The notes beneath the pieces are model-generated. The model saw only the letters and a list, made by a program, of their open reading frames with translations, made no database searches and had not been told where the DNA came from. DNA of 64,000 bases from Podarcis pityusensis (lineage: Eukaryota): the NCBI GenBank assembly GCA_964106645.2, contig OZ067042.1; one strand, given 5' to 3'. Below, in pieces: positions 14,201 through 25,389 of this stretch. Positions within the stretch are counted from its first letter, which is position 1. Each line of letters starts with the position of its first letter. The position numbers were made by a program, and so were the translations under genes.

Positions 14201-17200
14201 TCTTTCAGTCACATGCCCCAACACTCAGCCTGTTATTTACATATCTATCCAGTGTCCTCAAACAAGTATGATTCAGAAACCTGGCAGGTGTGCCATTGTT
14301 TTTTTCACTCACGTAGTTGTTTGTGCAAACAACTTTACTTAGATAGCATTCATCTTGTGGAGCAACCTCTTCCATTTTGCACAGTGAATATTAAGAGGGC
14401 ATAATTCTGTCACACTTCTGCATGCATCTTGTTTGGTTCTCTCCCCCCCCCCCCCCCCAAGTTAGTGCAATAATGGAGAGGAATGTAAACAGTAACTCTA
14501 GCTACATTTTGTCCTATTGCTCAATAGCTTTATACAGCAAAACCTTGGTTCCAGAATGGCTCCGTTTTGAAATGTTTCAGCTCCCGAATGCCGGAAGCCG
14601 AACATCCGACACGGCTTCTGCTTGGGTGCAGGAAGCTCCTGCAACCAATCGGAAGCCACTCCTCGGTTGTCAAACATTTCGGAAGCTGAACGGGCTTCTG
14701 AATCTGATTAAGTTTGACATCCAAGGTTTGACTGTATTTATAAACTGTTTTCAAACTCAGCACCATCATTGGTACACTTATTCAAACTTCCTATCATATG
14801 GTTATGTAGCAATTCTGTGGCAGCAGTATTGCTTGGTGGAGTTCTTCCATATTAGCTGTTTTAGAAAAGGTTGAGATGTTAGCTGACTTAAGCCATATAT
14901 TGGAAGGAAGGCCTCTAGACTTTTCTCATTAAACTTTTGACAGTGGTTGGTGTTGTAATTTCAATCTTAATTTTGCAGGCTTGAATGCTTTGGAAGAACT
15001 CAATATATCTTTAGCAGCATACTGCCAGAAAACAGCCCCAAACATTTCCAAAGTTACAAAGGGAGATGTGTGCTGTGCTTATTTCTCTGGTGAGTAAGTT
15101 TACTTATTGCTCATAATCTTCTGTATTGCATTGATATTTTATAGAAATCACATTTCTCTGTTTGCTGTGGAAAGTATCCAACTGAGTACTTCCGACACCT
15201 GGTGCATTTAGACATACACTGAGCAATTGAAATGTCGTGCAGTTCATGGCCTTGGCTCCTTTCACCCCAATACCCTAGAAGGAAAGGCATCCAGCAGAGC
15301 AATGGAGCAAGAACTGCATTGTCGCAATTTACGAAACAGGAGATTTCATTCCATGCTAATAATGCTAATACGAATACTGCTCAAGACAGTTTGCAAAAAA
15401 ATAAACAGTAAAAATGCAATAGTATAATGATGGTAATACATAATGTGATAATTCTTAAGAATTAACAGTTCCTATAAAATGTATCAGAATTGAAGTAAGC
15501 ACACCACTTACCAATAGGTCAGTTATTAATATCCCAAAGAAGCCCCAAAGCTGATACCATTTGTACCTAGACAGCACCCCAGGCACCCAGCGTTTATGCC
15601 TAAACTCAAAAGGCCACAAATACCCTCTCAGTTCTCCTAGCAGCTACTCCCTTAAAAATATTCCTGCGGCATGGCAGAGGGAAGCTGCCATCTTCTGATG
15701 GCAAAGAAGAGTCTCCTCACTAAGCTGTTGCCAGGGCTGAAGATAGGTCTTGATATGTATATTATTTTTTGATTATTATCCATTATCCTTCAATAGGATA
15801 TTAGTACTTTTCTTGCAATATGACAGAGTAACTTTAACGTCTGACTAAAAATTATATCGCTTTGAAATAGGGGTAGCATGAATCTGCTGTATCTGTCTAC
15901 GCCCAAGTAAGACATGAAGCAAAAGATCAGACTACTGTTTTTAATGAGAGAGTAAATTACTTGTATGCTTATTGGATATTACAAGATCTTTGTCTCTGTC
16001 TTATTTTAATTTAGGTGATGGTAGATGGTATCGGGCTTTGGTGAAAGAAGCCAGTTCATTTGAAGCTTTTAAAGTTCTGTTTGTAGATTATGGAAACTGC
16101 GAAGAGGTAACTCTGGACAAAATCAGACAGATTACATCTACATTTATGAAACTCCCATTTCAAGCAATTGAATGTTCATTGTCAGGTACAGTTACCTTAC
16201 TTCAGTAGAAATCTCTTGAACTGCAATAAGATATAAAGTTACACTGTTTTAAACAATATTTCTGTTTAAGGTGTATTCCTGAATCTAAGATCCAAAATGT
16301 TAATCTGTTAGGCACTTGAAGCCTGTATCTCAGGCTATATTGTCCTAAGGGAATAGGAGTAAGAAAACAGTTAAGCCACAACCAGCAGAGTAGTGTAGGA
16401 TAAATATGACCCAGAAGCTGTTCTAAATTAGAAATTAATAAATACTGAAACTGTCTTTATTCTTGGATATTCCTAAGTTTTCCATATGTTAATCTTTTAC
16501 ATATTTATGTAAAAGATTTTAAATTTATGATAACAGGTCCCTAAGGTTTTCAAAATCCTCTAATACATTTATAGTACAGTTTATTCATTTTTACTGAGAT
16601 ACAGGTTGTCTAGTAACGATAAGGGACTTGCAGTCTTAGTAACATCAAGAGCATTGTCTAAAGAGTCCCTAATGGCTGCTTAAATATTTTTTCCCCTCAG
16701 GTGTAAGACCCATAAATAAGGAATGGACAACAGAAGCTACAACAACACTTGAGACGTTCACAGCTGGGAAGAAAATTCAGGCCAGAGTAGTTTCTTTAAC
16801 GAGAAATGGTGCTGAAGTAGAGCTTATTGACAATTCTGAGAGTGGTCCCATAGTGATCAGCGAATATTTAATTAAGAATAATTTAGCTTTGAAAAAGGAA
16901 ATAGTGTCGGATCTGAATGTGCAGCCAGGTGAATTGACAGACAGTGATTCTCAAGGTAATGTTACTAACTTTTAAAAATGAAGAATATGCATAATGTTTG
17001 TTTGTTTTGTGTAGGTATAGAGAATGTGCTGTGGCGTTAAGCATGTCAATTAGCAAATGTGATAAATTATTAACTCACCAAGTACGTTTTGAACTTTCTG
17101 TTGATGAATGTTATCACATTGATGGAAATGGGCATAAAACTTGGTGGTTCTCCATAGATGAGCTGAAAGAACTAAAGCAATAGTACACTTCAATAACAGT

Positions 17201-20200
17201 ATAGATTTCAAAATTAAACATCACGAAATTCATTACCCGTGTAGAGTTGTTCCCTTCACAACAGGCTATGTAACATATCTATTTCTGTAAACTATGGTCT
17301 AATTCACACATCGTTGTAAACCACAGGTGGACAACCAAAGGGCAGCATGCAGCCCTTGGCCATTCTCTCTGAGGCCTCTCAAAGCCCATGGAACCATGGC
17401 AACCTTTCCACCAGCTGGGTGATGGGGGAAAGAGAGCTCTTCCCATACAGCTTAGCAGCAGGAGAAATGGCACGTGCTGAGAGGAGCCTTTAACTTCCTC
17501 CTCAAAAGCTTCTGATCCAGACAAGATTGGTGTTCCCACACGGCATCAAGAACACAAGGGGCAGGGATTAACATCCATTCCCCCACTACTTCCTGTGCAG
17601 ATCAGCTAGTGGGGAGATAGTGTGTATAGTGTGCACATGTGAATTATGCATTGAAGGTGTGTGAGAGTGTTGTGTATGTCTTATTTAAAAGCACTGTCCA
17701 GTGCTGACTGTGCCCATCCACTGGCTTCACATCTTTTATAAGTGGCAGCATATAATTGTCAGAACAGTTAGCACATAAATAATCTGTTTTGTAAATCTTC
17801 AAAGGCAAAGATGCATTGTCTGGCAATATATGTCGGTACATATACCCTGCTACTATTTCCGTGGCTTTTTTTTGGTCCTATCTTCAGCAATATGGATATT
17901 TAATTGATGCCTACTAAGGATCACAATCTGATAATTGGGATCACAATTACTGATAATTGCAAAGTCATTCTAAGAAAAAAAGAAATGAAAACTGATGAGG
18001 GGAAAGGAAACTTACAAAACAATGCATCCCTTAGGCCCAACACTGGATTTTTGCCATTATGTGGAGGATTCCCCCAGCTGTTTCCTCTGTCCTGCTTGCA
18101 TGCAGGTAATGCAAAGGGCGATTGCAGGGAGTGGAAGATTCATGCATGCCTTCCATAACCCTGTCCACTTCTTCTGTGTGCCATGTGGCTCCTCATGCTA
18201 TTTGCATGCATGCATGCACAGGTGATGGGGAACAGGGATTCAGGCTCCACCAGTATGCATCATATGTGTCCATACTCAGGTGGGATCAGGTCCCACTTTT
18301 CTGTAATGTAGACTCCATCCTGAAACTAATGGCAGGTAATTTTCATAACCAAGGTCAGCCACATAAAAGTGCTTAGCAAATTATTTTCACTTGTGTGTAA
18401 TATTGCAGGATGCATACAGTGGACAACAACAGAATTTCCGGTTGGTGAAACTGTGCCTGTTCATGTATTAGATGTGACAAACCCTGGTTTATTCTATGCT
18501 GTACCCACAAAAATGAAAGGTAAGGACTACAGAATGCTGTAAGTTGACATAGATTTTCTTTATGTGGGCCCCATTCAGTCATAATAGAAAACAATGTTTT
18601 TCACTATGTAAATGACCATGACAAAATTTGGTCACAAATGATCATTATTCCCTTCCATTTTTAGTGCCTGTAAGAAGACTAGAAGCTTCTATGTCTTAAT
18701 TTTAAACTAACCACAGTTTCCCATATGATGTTCAGATTTGGAGAGTTATGGTTTATTTATGAATTGTTGTAAAACCATTATTTATGACCCCATGGTGTGT
18801 TAAACTTCAGTTTAAAGAGGCCCATTGTTACGTATCTGCACCAGAAGTGTGCAAGGACTTAAAAAAAACCCTGCACTAGTTGAAAGTTTTATAATTTGGG
18901 AACTTGAGTTACTGAAGGAAGAAAGGCGGTACTGATTACCATACATTTAAAAAGAAAACAAAAGGAAATACTTTAGGTTTGCAAATTCGCTACTTTATTA
19001 TTCATATGTTATCCAAGGAAATTTAGCTTAACATGCTTCCAGATGCTAGAATGTATTTGCTCATAGACTTTATCAGGATAGGTGAGTGGTAGAAGATACA
19101 AAACATTACACTTCTTTTATGTTTTAGTGGATCTGCAGAGACTCCATAAGCTAATGACTGGACTTGCAGATTACTGTAATTCTCAGAATGATTCCAGTTT
19201 CAAGCCAAAAGTTGGTGAACCCTGTTGTGCCAGATTCACAGGTGAAAAAATGAAAAAGTGTGTGTGTGTTTGTGTATTAGAAAATGTTAAGATTACTTCA
19301 TAAAAAGGAAAATATTTTAATTACTTTCTTAAAATGTCTAAAATAAGCCTATGGAGCTTGTAGCCTACAAGAGGGAGATGATGGCTTGGGTGAATTTCAC
19401 ACTGTCAATGTTTAAAATAGGTAACTCCCAGTTCTTGCATAACAGCTTAGTTGGATGAAATGGTATCACAGGAAAGAACAATTTTCTTGGGTAGCATACT
19501 ATGGGTAATATGATGAAGACCATATTATCAAGTGGTAACCTTTACTACTGGGACGCATGTGGCACTGTGGGTTAAACCACAGAGCCTAGGACTTGCCGAT
19601 CAGAAGGTTGGCGGTTCAAATCCCCCAACGGGGTGAGCTCCCGTTGCTCGGTCCCTGCTCCTGCCAACCTAGCAGTTCGAAAGCACGTCAAAGTGCAAGT
19701 AGATAAATAGGTACCTGCTCCAGCGGGAAGGTAAACGGTGTTTCCGTGTGCTGCTCTGGTTCGCCAGAAGCGACTTAGTCATGCTGGCCACATGACCCGG
19801 AAGCTGTATGCCGGCTCCCTTGGCCAGTAAAGCGAGATGAGTGCCGCAACCCCAGAGTCGGTCACGACTGGAACTAATGGTCAGGGGTCCCTTTACCTTA
19901 ACCTTTACTACTACAGTAAATGAGTGACCACCCAAATGGATTATACATACAGCCCTTCAGTAACCTGAAGTATCTAACTCTTTTTGGAGGCCACGGAATT
20001 TGACAGCATACATCCTCGCTTCTTTCTCTGGGTCCAATGAATCAGTTGCCTCCTTAGGAGAAAGATAGTCCAGAATTGGGTTGCTAAACAAGTAACAGTA
20101 TCTTTAATTGGTGTGGCTGTCTCTAACTGCATAGAGATCTCTTCTGCCCTGGTGGGAATAACATAAGGAGTAGCAGCTATACAACCAAGGCTTGAAAATC

Positions 20201-23200
20201 CCTACTGCTGTTTTCATCTATGTACTGATAGAGCAATAGAAACATATCCAGAACTACAGTGATAGTATTTCAGCATTTAGGACCTCTTTGTCTAGGTTCA
20301 AACTAGGGAGGCATGCTATTCACTCTGCAGTCTTTTTTAATCTTTTCTGGCCAAGTGGTGTGAACTTGTAATGTAAATTCCTCACAAGTAAGCTGACTTT
20401 TCTGGTTGCCAAATAATGTGAATCAAGTGGCATCACATCATCTAAAGGCAGTCCAGTGAATCATAATTTCTAAATCTCTTAAGTTGTGAAAATCTAGCTT
20501 TTAGGGAAATGCTTACTGGTTTCAGGTTTAAGAGAAATCTCTTTTAAGCAGGATATACAGTTTCACATAATGGTAAGCCTCTTAAAACATAAAATGGTAA
20601 GTCTTAAATTTTGTTCACTTTTTTAGGTGATGACACCTGGTACCGTGCTGTCGTTCTGGAAGTTTGTGTATCTGAAGTCAAAGTGGCATATGCAGACTAT
20701 GGAAATGTGGAAATATTGCCATTATCTAGGCTTCTACCTATAACTGCCCCCTACTTGGAACTACCTTTTCAGATACTCAAGTGCTCCATTGCAGGTAGCA
20801 AACCAGCTAGAGCAATTCGTCAAAAAACCAAATGCCTTAATATGAATATATATTCACATGTATACAGAGCCTTGAATTTTAATGTGTTAATAAGCAGTGC
20901 TAATGTTATCTTGTAATTTTCTTGTGGAAATCCCTTGGAGAATAAAAGTGGAATGTAAATATGAAATTAAAATTGTCAAATGTTCCATAGGGCACATGCC
21001 AGAGGTAAAAGCAGGTGCAAACATAAATGTTTTCTTTGTACTGTAGGGTAGTTTTGCACACATTCACACACCCCTCTATCCTCCAACCAGGCAAGCAGGA
21101 GGCATCAAAGTTTCAAGGGCACATTCCAGCTAGGCAGAAACACTCAAAGAGAGTACAGGACAGGTTAGGGTATAGCCTGGGAAGAGGGTGTGTAGCTGAG
21201 GAAGAGGCGGAGCCTGGATAGATCCTAAGCGCCAGACAGAGAGGACTAGAAGGGCCACAGTTGGCCTTGAGGTCTGAGGTTCCCCACCCCTGTCTTAAAA
21301 AAATTGCAAAAACTATTCTTGTGGTGGCAGAGTTCATGTGCAGGAAGGATTGCAAACGTATTCAAATATGGACAGAGTAGTTTTCATTATTTTAATGGCA
21401 CTGATTTTAAGAAAAGCAATGTAAACTGTCAGATTTGTAAGCACTAGCATTGTAAAATGTCAGTAGCATAGATTTGAATTTAAGGTTTATTTGTATTCTA
21501 GGAATTATGGAACTGGATGGAAAGTGCTCCATCTTAGCAGCAGAGAAGCTGAAAAGTTTTTTACTGAATGAGAGTGTGACAATTACAGTGAAAGGAGTTA
21601 ATAAGAATATTCATATAGTAACTGTCAAAAAAAAATCTGGAACTCATACTATGAATGTAGCTGATGAACTAGTAATCGAAAACTCAGCAAAAGATAGCAA
21701 CATTGAGAATCGTAAGTAATTTACCCTGAGGTAATTTCTTGCTAAAATGTAACCCACATGCTTACTATAAAGATTTGAAAACTTTGTTAATCGGTACCTT
21801 ATTTTACAAAATTGGAAATGCCTTGCTATGGGCAGCCTTATTGCTGTTCAGTGGTGTAGCAAGAAGCTATATATATTTGTTTTTCTTTCAGGATGTGTAA
21901 AAAACACTAAGTGCTGTTGTATGGAGCTGAGAAAGCAAGTAAGTTTCAATTTGGAGTTGAAGTTCTGTTTGTTTCCAAATCCTGATTGCTTGCAGAGCCA
22001 ATGCAAGTTTGTTTTGGTTTGGTATTTTGTATCCACCTTCAGACCAGAGCTGGTCTGCCCATAATGCGGGGTGAAGCGCTTGCCTCAGGCAGCAGAAGTG
22101 CCAGAGGCAGCGCTCCACCCACCCCACCACTTCTGCCACTGAGAGGGAGGTGTTCTGGCTCACAGCGTTGCTGCTGTCAGCCAGAAGTGAGCAGCACCCT
22201 GGATCCTGCTCCATGCATGCCATTTGTGGCTTGGCAACACTTAGAGGAGCGCCTTGGATCCTGCCAAGTTCAGCAGGAGCCCGGGCACGGCAGTGGCAGA
22301 AGTGGGGTGGCATGGGCAGGAGCAGGAGGCAGCAATTCCCATTTTGCCTCAGGTGGTGAAACAAGACAGGCTGCCCCTGTTCAGACTGCATCGTGGATGT
22401 TGAAAAGGTAGCAAGACTGTCAGTTATGGAAACATCAGACACTGGTATAAAACATGTTTTTTAAGAGGTTGCTGCCCAGCTCACTTTATTCTCCTAAATA
22501 AAACTTAAGCATTGTTTTCTAGCTGAAATTTGGATGGCAAACAATATTGACTTCAAAATGTTACTGTATTTCATCAGCTTTCCAACTGATTTTCAGTATA
22601 CTTCAGTTGATTTTGAGAGATGAGTTTGGATCCAAAAGCTCCCTTCTGACAGAAGGTGCATTTGCATTCAACCTGAGATCATGATGTAGACAGGTTTGAG
22701 TATTACAAACTAGTTAGCTTAGGTTTTGCTAAGTGTGCTTTTTCTTGCTTTTTAGTATGTGTGTTGTGTGCTTGCTTATTTTTCCCATTTTTTGTTAGGA
22801 GTGTTTTATAATAATAATAATTTATTATTTATACCCGGCCCATCTGGCTGGGTTTCCCCAGCCACTCTGGGAAGCTGCCCATGTTTGGTTTTGTTGATGT
22901 GTGCATTCTGCTGGCCTTGCCTGTTTGGGGGGGGGGGTTCTAATTGTTCTAATTTATTTTTTTGACTTTGTGTGACAGGAATACCTCTTTTTTGTTTTTG
23001 GTTGGGTCTTTTCACTGAGCATTACCAGTTTTACCTGATGTGAAATGCACCCTCCAGGCCTAAGACAAAATTGTTCCATTATAATGGCTGTTTTTTCTAC
23101 CCTTTCATAGGTTACAAAGCTTGAACAGATTATTTATTTTCTCCTAAAAGATCGCTTTGGTGAAGAAAAAGTTCCTGAAATGATAAAGCTCTTTGAAGAA

Positions 23201-23215
23201 GCTGTGCTGGAATGA
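2221..23215 (+). CDS. TDRD1: Tudor domain-containing protein 1 (piRNA-pathway scaffold), 5'-partial; 20 coding exons in window, 952 aa to stop
   Basis: Spliced exons give four eTudor domains (WYR...DYGN motifs) and a C-terminus [21 protein letters not shown] like mammalian TDRD1; all introns GT-AG and in phase; lies upstream of VWA2 as in mammals. Confidence 0.96.
3640..3741 (+). CDS. TDRD1: TDRD1 exon (ENLCMN...[17 protein letters not shown])
   Basis: tag acceptor, GTG|gtaagt donor, 102 nt; resembles mammalian MFSDLRSLQLKKTMEIK. Confidence 0.9.
4422..4598 (+). CDS. TDRD1: TDRD1 exon, eTudor1 N-part ([16 protein letters not shown]...QYTLDQ)
   Basis: 177 nt, ctctttag / CAG|gtaact. Confidence 0.95.
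5111..5459 (+). mobile_element. Sauria SINE, full length
   Basis: tRNA-like head (GGTTCAAATCC B box), ACCTTT-type tail, flanking TAGAG(A/G)GATGAA duplication; closely similar to 19550-19898. Confidence 0.92.
5835..6242 (-). mobile_element. Bov-B (RTE-clade) LINE, 5'-truncated 3' fragment
   Basis: ORF end VPWTARRSN...[22 protein letters not shown]...RWLD typical of RTE/Bov-B; (CAA)n tail; TSD TTCCTG(C/T)GGGT. Confidence 0.93.
6544..6770. mobile_element. hAT-like MITE
   Basis: Ends GGTTGCCATA ... TATGGCAACC form an inverted repeat. Confidence 0.6.
7206..7349 (+). CDS. TDRD1: TDRD1 exon, eTudor1 core (TWYRVL...LYIDYGN...PPC)
   Basis: 144 nt, ttcag / TGT|gtaagt; Tudor motif. Confidence 0.96.
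7634..7805 (+). CDS. TDRD1: TDRD1 exon ([16 protein letters not shown]...LADS)
   Basis: 172 nt, tttcag / G|gtaagt. Confidence 0.95.
8684..8770 (+). CDS. TDRD1: TDRD1 exon ([12 protein letters not shown]...NSVT)
   Basis: 87 nt, tttcag / G|gtgggt, phase 1-1. Confidence 0.88.
9445..9621 (+). CDS. TDRD1: TDRD1 exon (GSTVEK...[17 protein letters not shown])
   Basis: 177 nt, ttcttag / T|gtaagt. Confidence 0.94.
9970..10077 (+). CDS. TDRD1: TDRD1 exon, eTudor2 ([10 protein letters not shown]...GDLCCAQFT)
   Basis: 108 nt, tgtcag / G|gtaaat. Confidence 0.95.
10271..10440 (-). mobile_element. Squam3-type tRNA SINE
   Basis: Minus strand GGGAAGGGCTGTAGCTCAGTGG head, GGTTCAATCCCTGGCATC B box, ACAATACTGAGCTAG body; degenerate copy near 27420-27605. 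Confidence 0.75.
12419..12589 (+). CDS. TDRD1: TDRD1 exon, eTudor2 core (EDKQWYRA...GYVDYGN...CTLA)
   Basis: 171 nt, ttccag / G|gtatga. Confidence 0.96.
13442..13696 (+). CDS. TDRD1: TDRD1 exon ([10 protein letters not shown]...LQKMR)
   Basis: 255 nt, AAG acceptor (cttatttcaag) / G|gtgagt. Confidence 0.93.
14002..14124 (+). CDS. TDRD1: TDRD1 exon (GQQLDKIDW...[13 protein letters not shown])
   Basis: 123 nt, tatag / G|gtacat. Confidence 0.92.
14535..14734. mobile_element. Tc1/mariner-type MITE
   Basis: TA|CAGCAAAACCTTGG ... CCAAGGTTTGACTG|TA (12/14 TIR). Confidence 0.8.
14979..15089 (+). CDS. TDRD1: TDRD1 exon, eTudor3 (GLNALEELN...GDVCCAYFS)
   Basis: 111 nt, ttgcag / G|gtgagt. Confidence 0.95.
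16015..16185 (+). CDS. TDRD1: TDRD1 exon, eTudor3 core (GDGRWYRA...LFVDYGN...CSLS)
   Basis: 171 nt, tttag / G|gtacag. Confidence 0.96.
16701..16955 (+). CDS. TDRD1: TDRD1 exon ([10 protein letters not shown]...DSDSQ)
   Basis: 255 nt, cccctcag / G|gtaatg. Confidence 0.94.
18409..18519 (+). CDS. TDRD1: TDRD1 exon ([10 protein letters not shown]...[13 protein letters not shown])
   Basis: 111 nt, ttgcag / G|gtaagg. Confidence 0.92.
19128..19241 (+). CDS. TDRD1: TDRD1 exon, eTudor4 ([10 protein letters not shown]...GEPCCARFT)
   Basis: 114 nt, ttttag / G|gtgaaa. Confidence 0.95.
19550..19898 (+). mobile_element. Sauria SINE, full length
   Basis: Homologous to 5111-5459; 14-bp TSD TAACCTTTACTACT (19536-19549 and 19899-19912). 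Confidence 0.92.
20627..20794 (+). CDS. TDRD1: TDRD1 exon, eTudor4 core (GDDTWYRA...AYADYGN...CSIA)
   Basis: 168 nt, ttttag / G|gtagca. Confidence 0.96.
21502..21711 (+). CDS. TDRD1: TDRD1 exon (GIMELDGK...SNIEN)
   Basis: 210 nt, ttctag / C|gtaagt. Confidence 0.93.
21892..21938 (+). CDS. TDRD1: TDRD1 exon ([16 protein letters not shown])
   Basis: 47 nt, ctttcag / CAA|gtaagt; CCCxEL motif as in mammalian TDRD1. Confidence 0.92.
22045..22379. mobile_element. GC-rich hAT-like non-autonomous element
   Basis: CAG...CCCCTG ends, flanking TTCAGAC direct repeat. Confidence 0.65.
23111..23215 (+). CDS. TDRD1: TDRD1 last coding exon ([12 protein letters not shown]...EEAVLE*)
   Basis: ttcatag acceptor, phase 0, TGA at 23213-23215. 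Confidence 0.92.
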   Translation, partial: VTKLEQIIYFLLKDRFGEEKVPEMIKLFEEAVLE

Positions 23216-23341
23216 ACAGCATAGTATAGTTGTTGAGTACTGTTGAAATCCATACTGTTCACTCTAACCGAAGCCTGTAATCTTAAACTGTTTAGTTGAA
23301 AATACATTCTGTTGACATGTCAGAATGTAACTACTTAAGTA

Positions 23342-23347
23342 CATAAA
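23342..23347 (+). terminator. Candidate non-canonical poly(A) signal CATAAA for TDRD1 (alternative: AATAAA at 24251-24256)
   Basis: No AATAAA seen between the stop and 24251; CATAAA is followed by a U/GU-rich tract. Confidence 0.35.
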
Positions 23348-25389
23348 TCAAGGTTTATTTCCTGTCTTGCATTTTGGATTGCATGCTTGCCTTCAGAGAA
23401 TGGTCTGGGCAGTGTTTGTTTTCTCTCTCTCATCCCTTATCAGTGTAACCAATTGCATCTTTATCATTACTCAAGTTGCAAAGATCAGCTTCCTCTGTGT
23501 TGATCTGATCAGAAGTTTAAAGGCATGATGCCTTCTGGATAGAAGGATTTTTACTTCAATCTCTTAAGAAATTATTCAGTCCAGACACGACAATTTATTT
23601 AAATCTTTGTCCCCATTAAGTAGCCCATAAAGGCCTCAATTATTTGGCTTAAAAATCTGTATTTAAGTTTCTTATGTGTCTAATTTTAAAATGGTTTTTC
23701 AGAGGTATTTAGGACTTCACATAAAGAAATAGATTTGTTTAGTTATTGTAGCTAGTAGAATTGTGGGTTTGTTTGTTCTTTTCATTTTTTGAACCCTTTT
23801 TCCTTTTTGGGGGAAATGTAAGTTGATTCTCTTTGTTTTTATTATTTAAAAACTACTCCTAAACTCACCCAGACTGCAGTCCTCACCCCTCTCCTGATGA
23901 TGATGTGCTGGGAAGGATTAGGATGGTGTGTGTTTAGGTGCAGAGACTGCTGCTGAATCTGGGCAGGTGTCAACTTCCTGCCTCTGGTTCTCCCACTGTT
24001 GATAGTTAGCACAAAACCCTGTTTCAGGTTGGAGGTAGGTGATGGAGGCTTTGGATATGGGATACAAAGCAGGAGTGGTCCCCTAAAGGACCCAGTTCCC
24101 AGGCACGTCTGTTGAGTCAACTCAGTGGATGCAGCAAAAAGCAGGAGAAACTCTGCTCTTCCCCCGCCCCCTGGCTGTAAGGTCTTCATATGCAGCTGCA
24201 GGTTAGAATTGCTCAGTTAGTCCTATTGGTCACAGTGAGGTTTACTTCTGAATAAACATCTATAAGCTTGTGCTGTGAATCTTCTTTACATCGAAACATT
24301 TTACTCTTGAGCCTGTTCGTGCATGGCCTTCAGTCACAGAGAAGTGCAACTCCGAATTGATCATACACTTCACGTTGTGACTAGGTTACTAGCAAAGGCT
24401 AGAATTTAAATGTAACTACACAACTTCTGCAGATGAACAAGGTCCATGATCACTTAATTTAGTTCTCAGGATAAGATTACACTGAAGCCTGCTACAATGG
24501 AATCTGCCTGCAGGTGGTAATAGCCCACTCATATAGTTACAGAGTGTTACCTGTTCTCTGGTCTCTCAGCTGGTGGGCCCCTGTCACAAGGCAGAGAGCT
24601 GTGCTACATCTAAGTCAGTGGTTCCAAATTTTGCCACACACACCTGAGTCTTTGTGCACCAATTAATAGTTTTTCTGCCTGTTGTTGTAGTTGTAATGTG
24701 CTGTACTAGATGCAGTCAAATCTTTAATTGTAGTTTATTTGCTGTGGCTGTTACTGTATTGCAATCCGAATTCCATAGAATTCAAACTATAATAGCATAT
24801 AAGAAAGAAAAGCAATTGAAATACAATTAAGAAGCAGTGTGAATACTTAATTTGATTATGCCCTATCTCCTGTCTTCAACCATCGCAGACCATGATTGTG
24901 AATCCCTGATCAAAATGGATGCAAGCCTAACAGTTTGAGAACCCCTTTGGTTTATTCTTTCCACAGCAATGAAGGTGCTTTCTAGGAGTAAATGTGTAAA
25001 GGATCAATAAGCATCTTGGGAGACTATGCATGCATTTATGTATGAGCCATGGGGTGATTGGGGATTTGAGAATTGTGGCTGTAGTTCATGATAACATACT
25101 TGCGGGGACATGAGACTGGAATAGCTCCATCAAACGTTAGCCAGTGTTTGGTGAATGGAAAACAAGTCAATTTCCTTCAAATCAACTCCAACATTAGTCG
25201 AGATAGAGCCCTCACCACAGGCAATGAATGAGGGAAGCACTTTAAATCCACGTTGTCTATGAGGAAGAAAGGGCTACTCGTGCTTTGCCCCAGCAGCCTG
25301 AAAGGGAAGCAAAGCAGGGTGGGTCTGTGCCCCCAGTCTCCTCTGGCTTTAGCTCTGACCCCAGTGTGTAATTGCTTGTTGACATTCCT

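Noticed and set aside
14443-14458. C/G homopolymer runs (also near 22927, 35883, 40402, 59865, 60715)
   Set aside because: Simple low-complexity runs with no pattern suggesting function
21888-22442. 184- and 141-aa ORFs
   Set aside because: Span a GC-rich non-autonomous transposon
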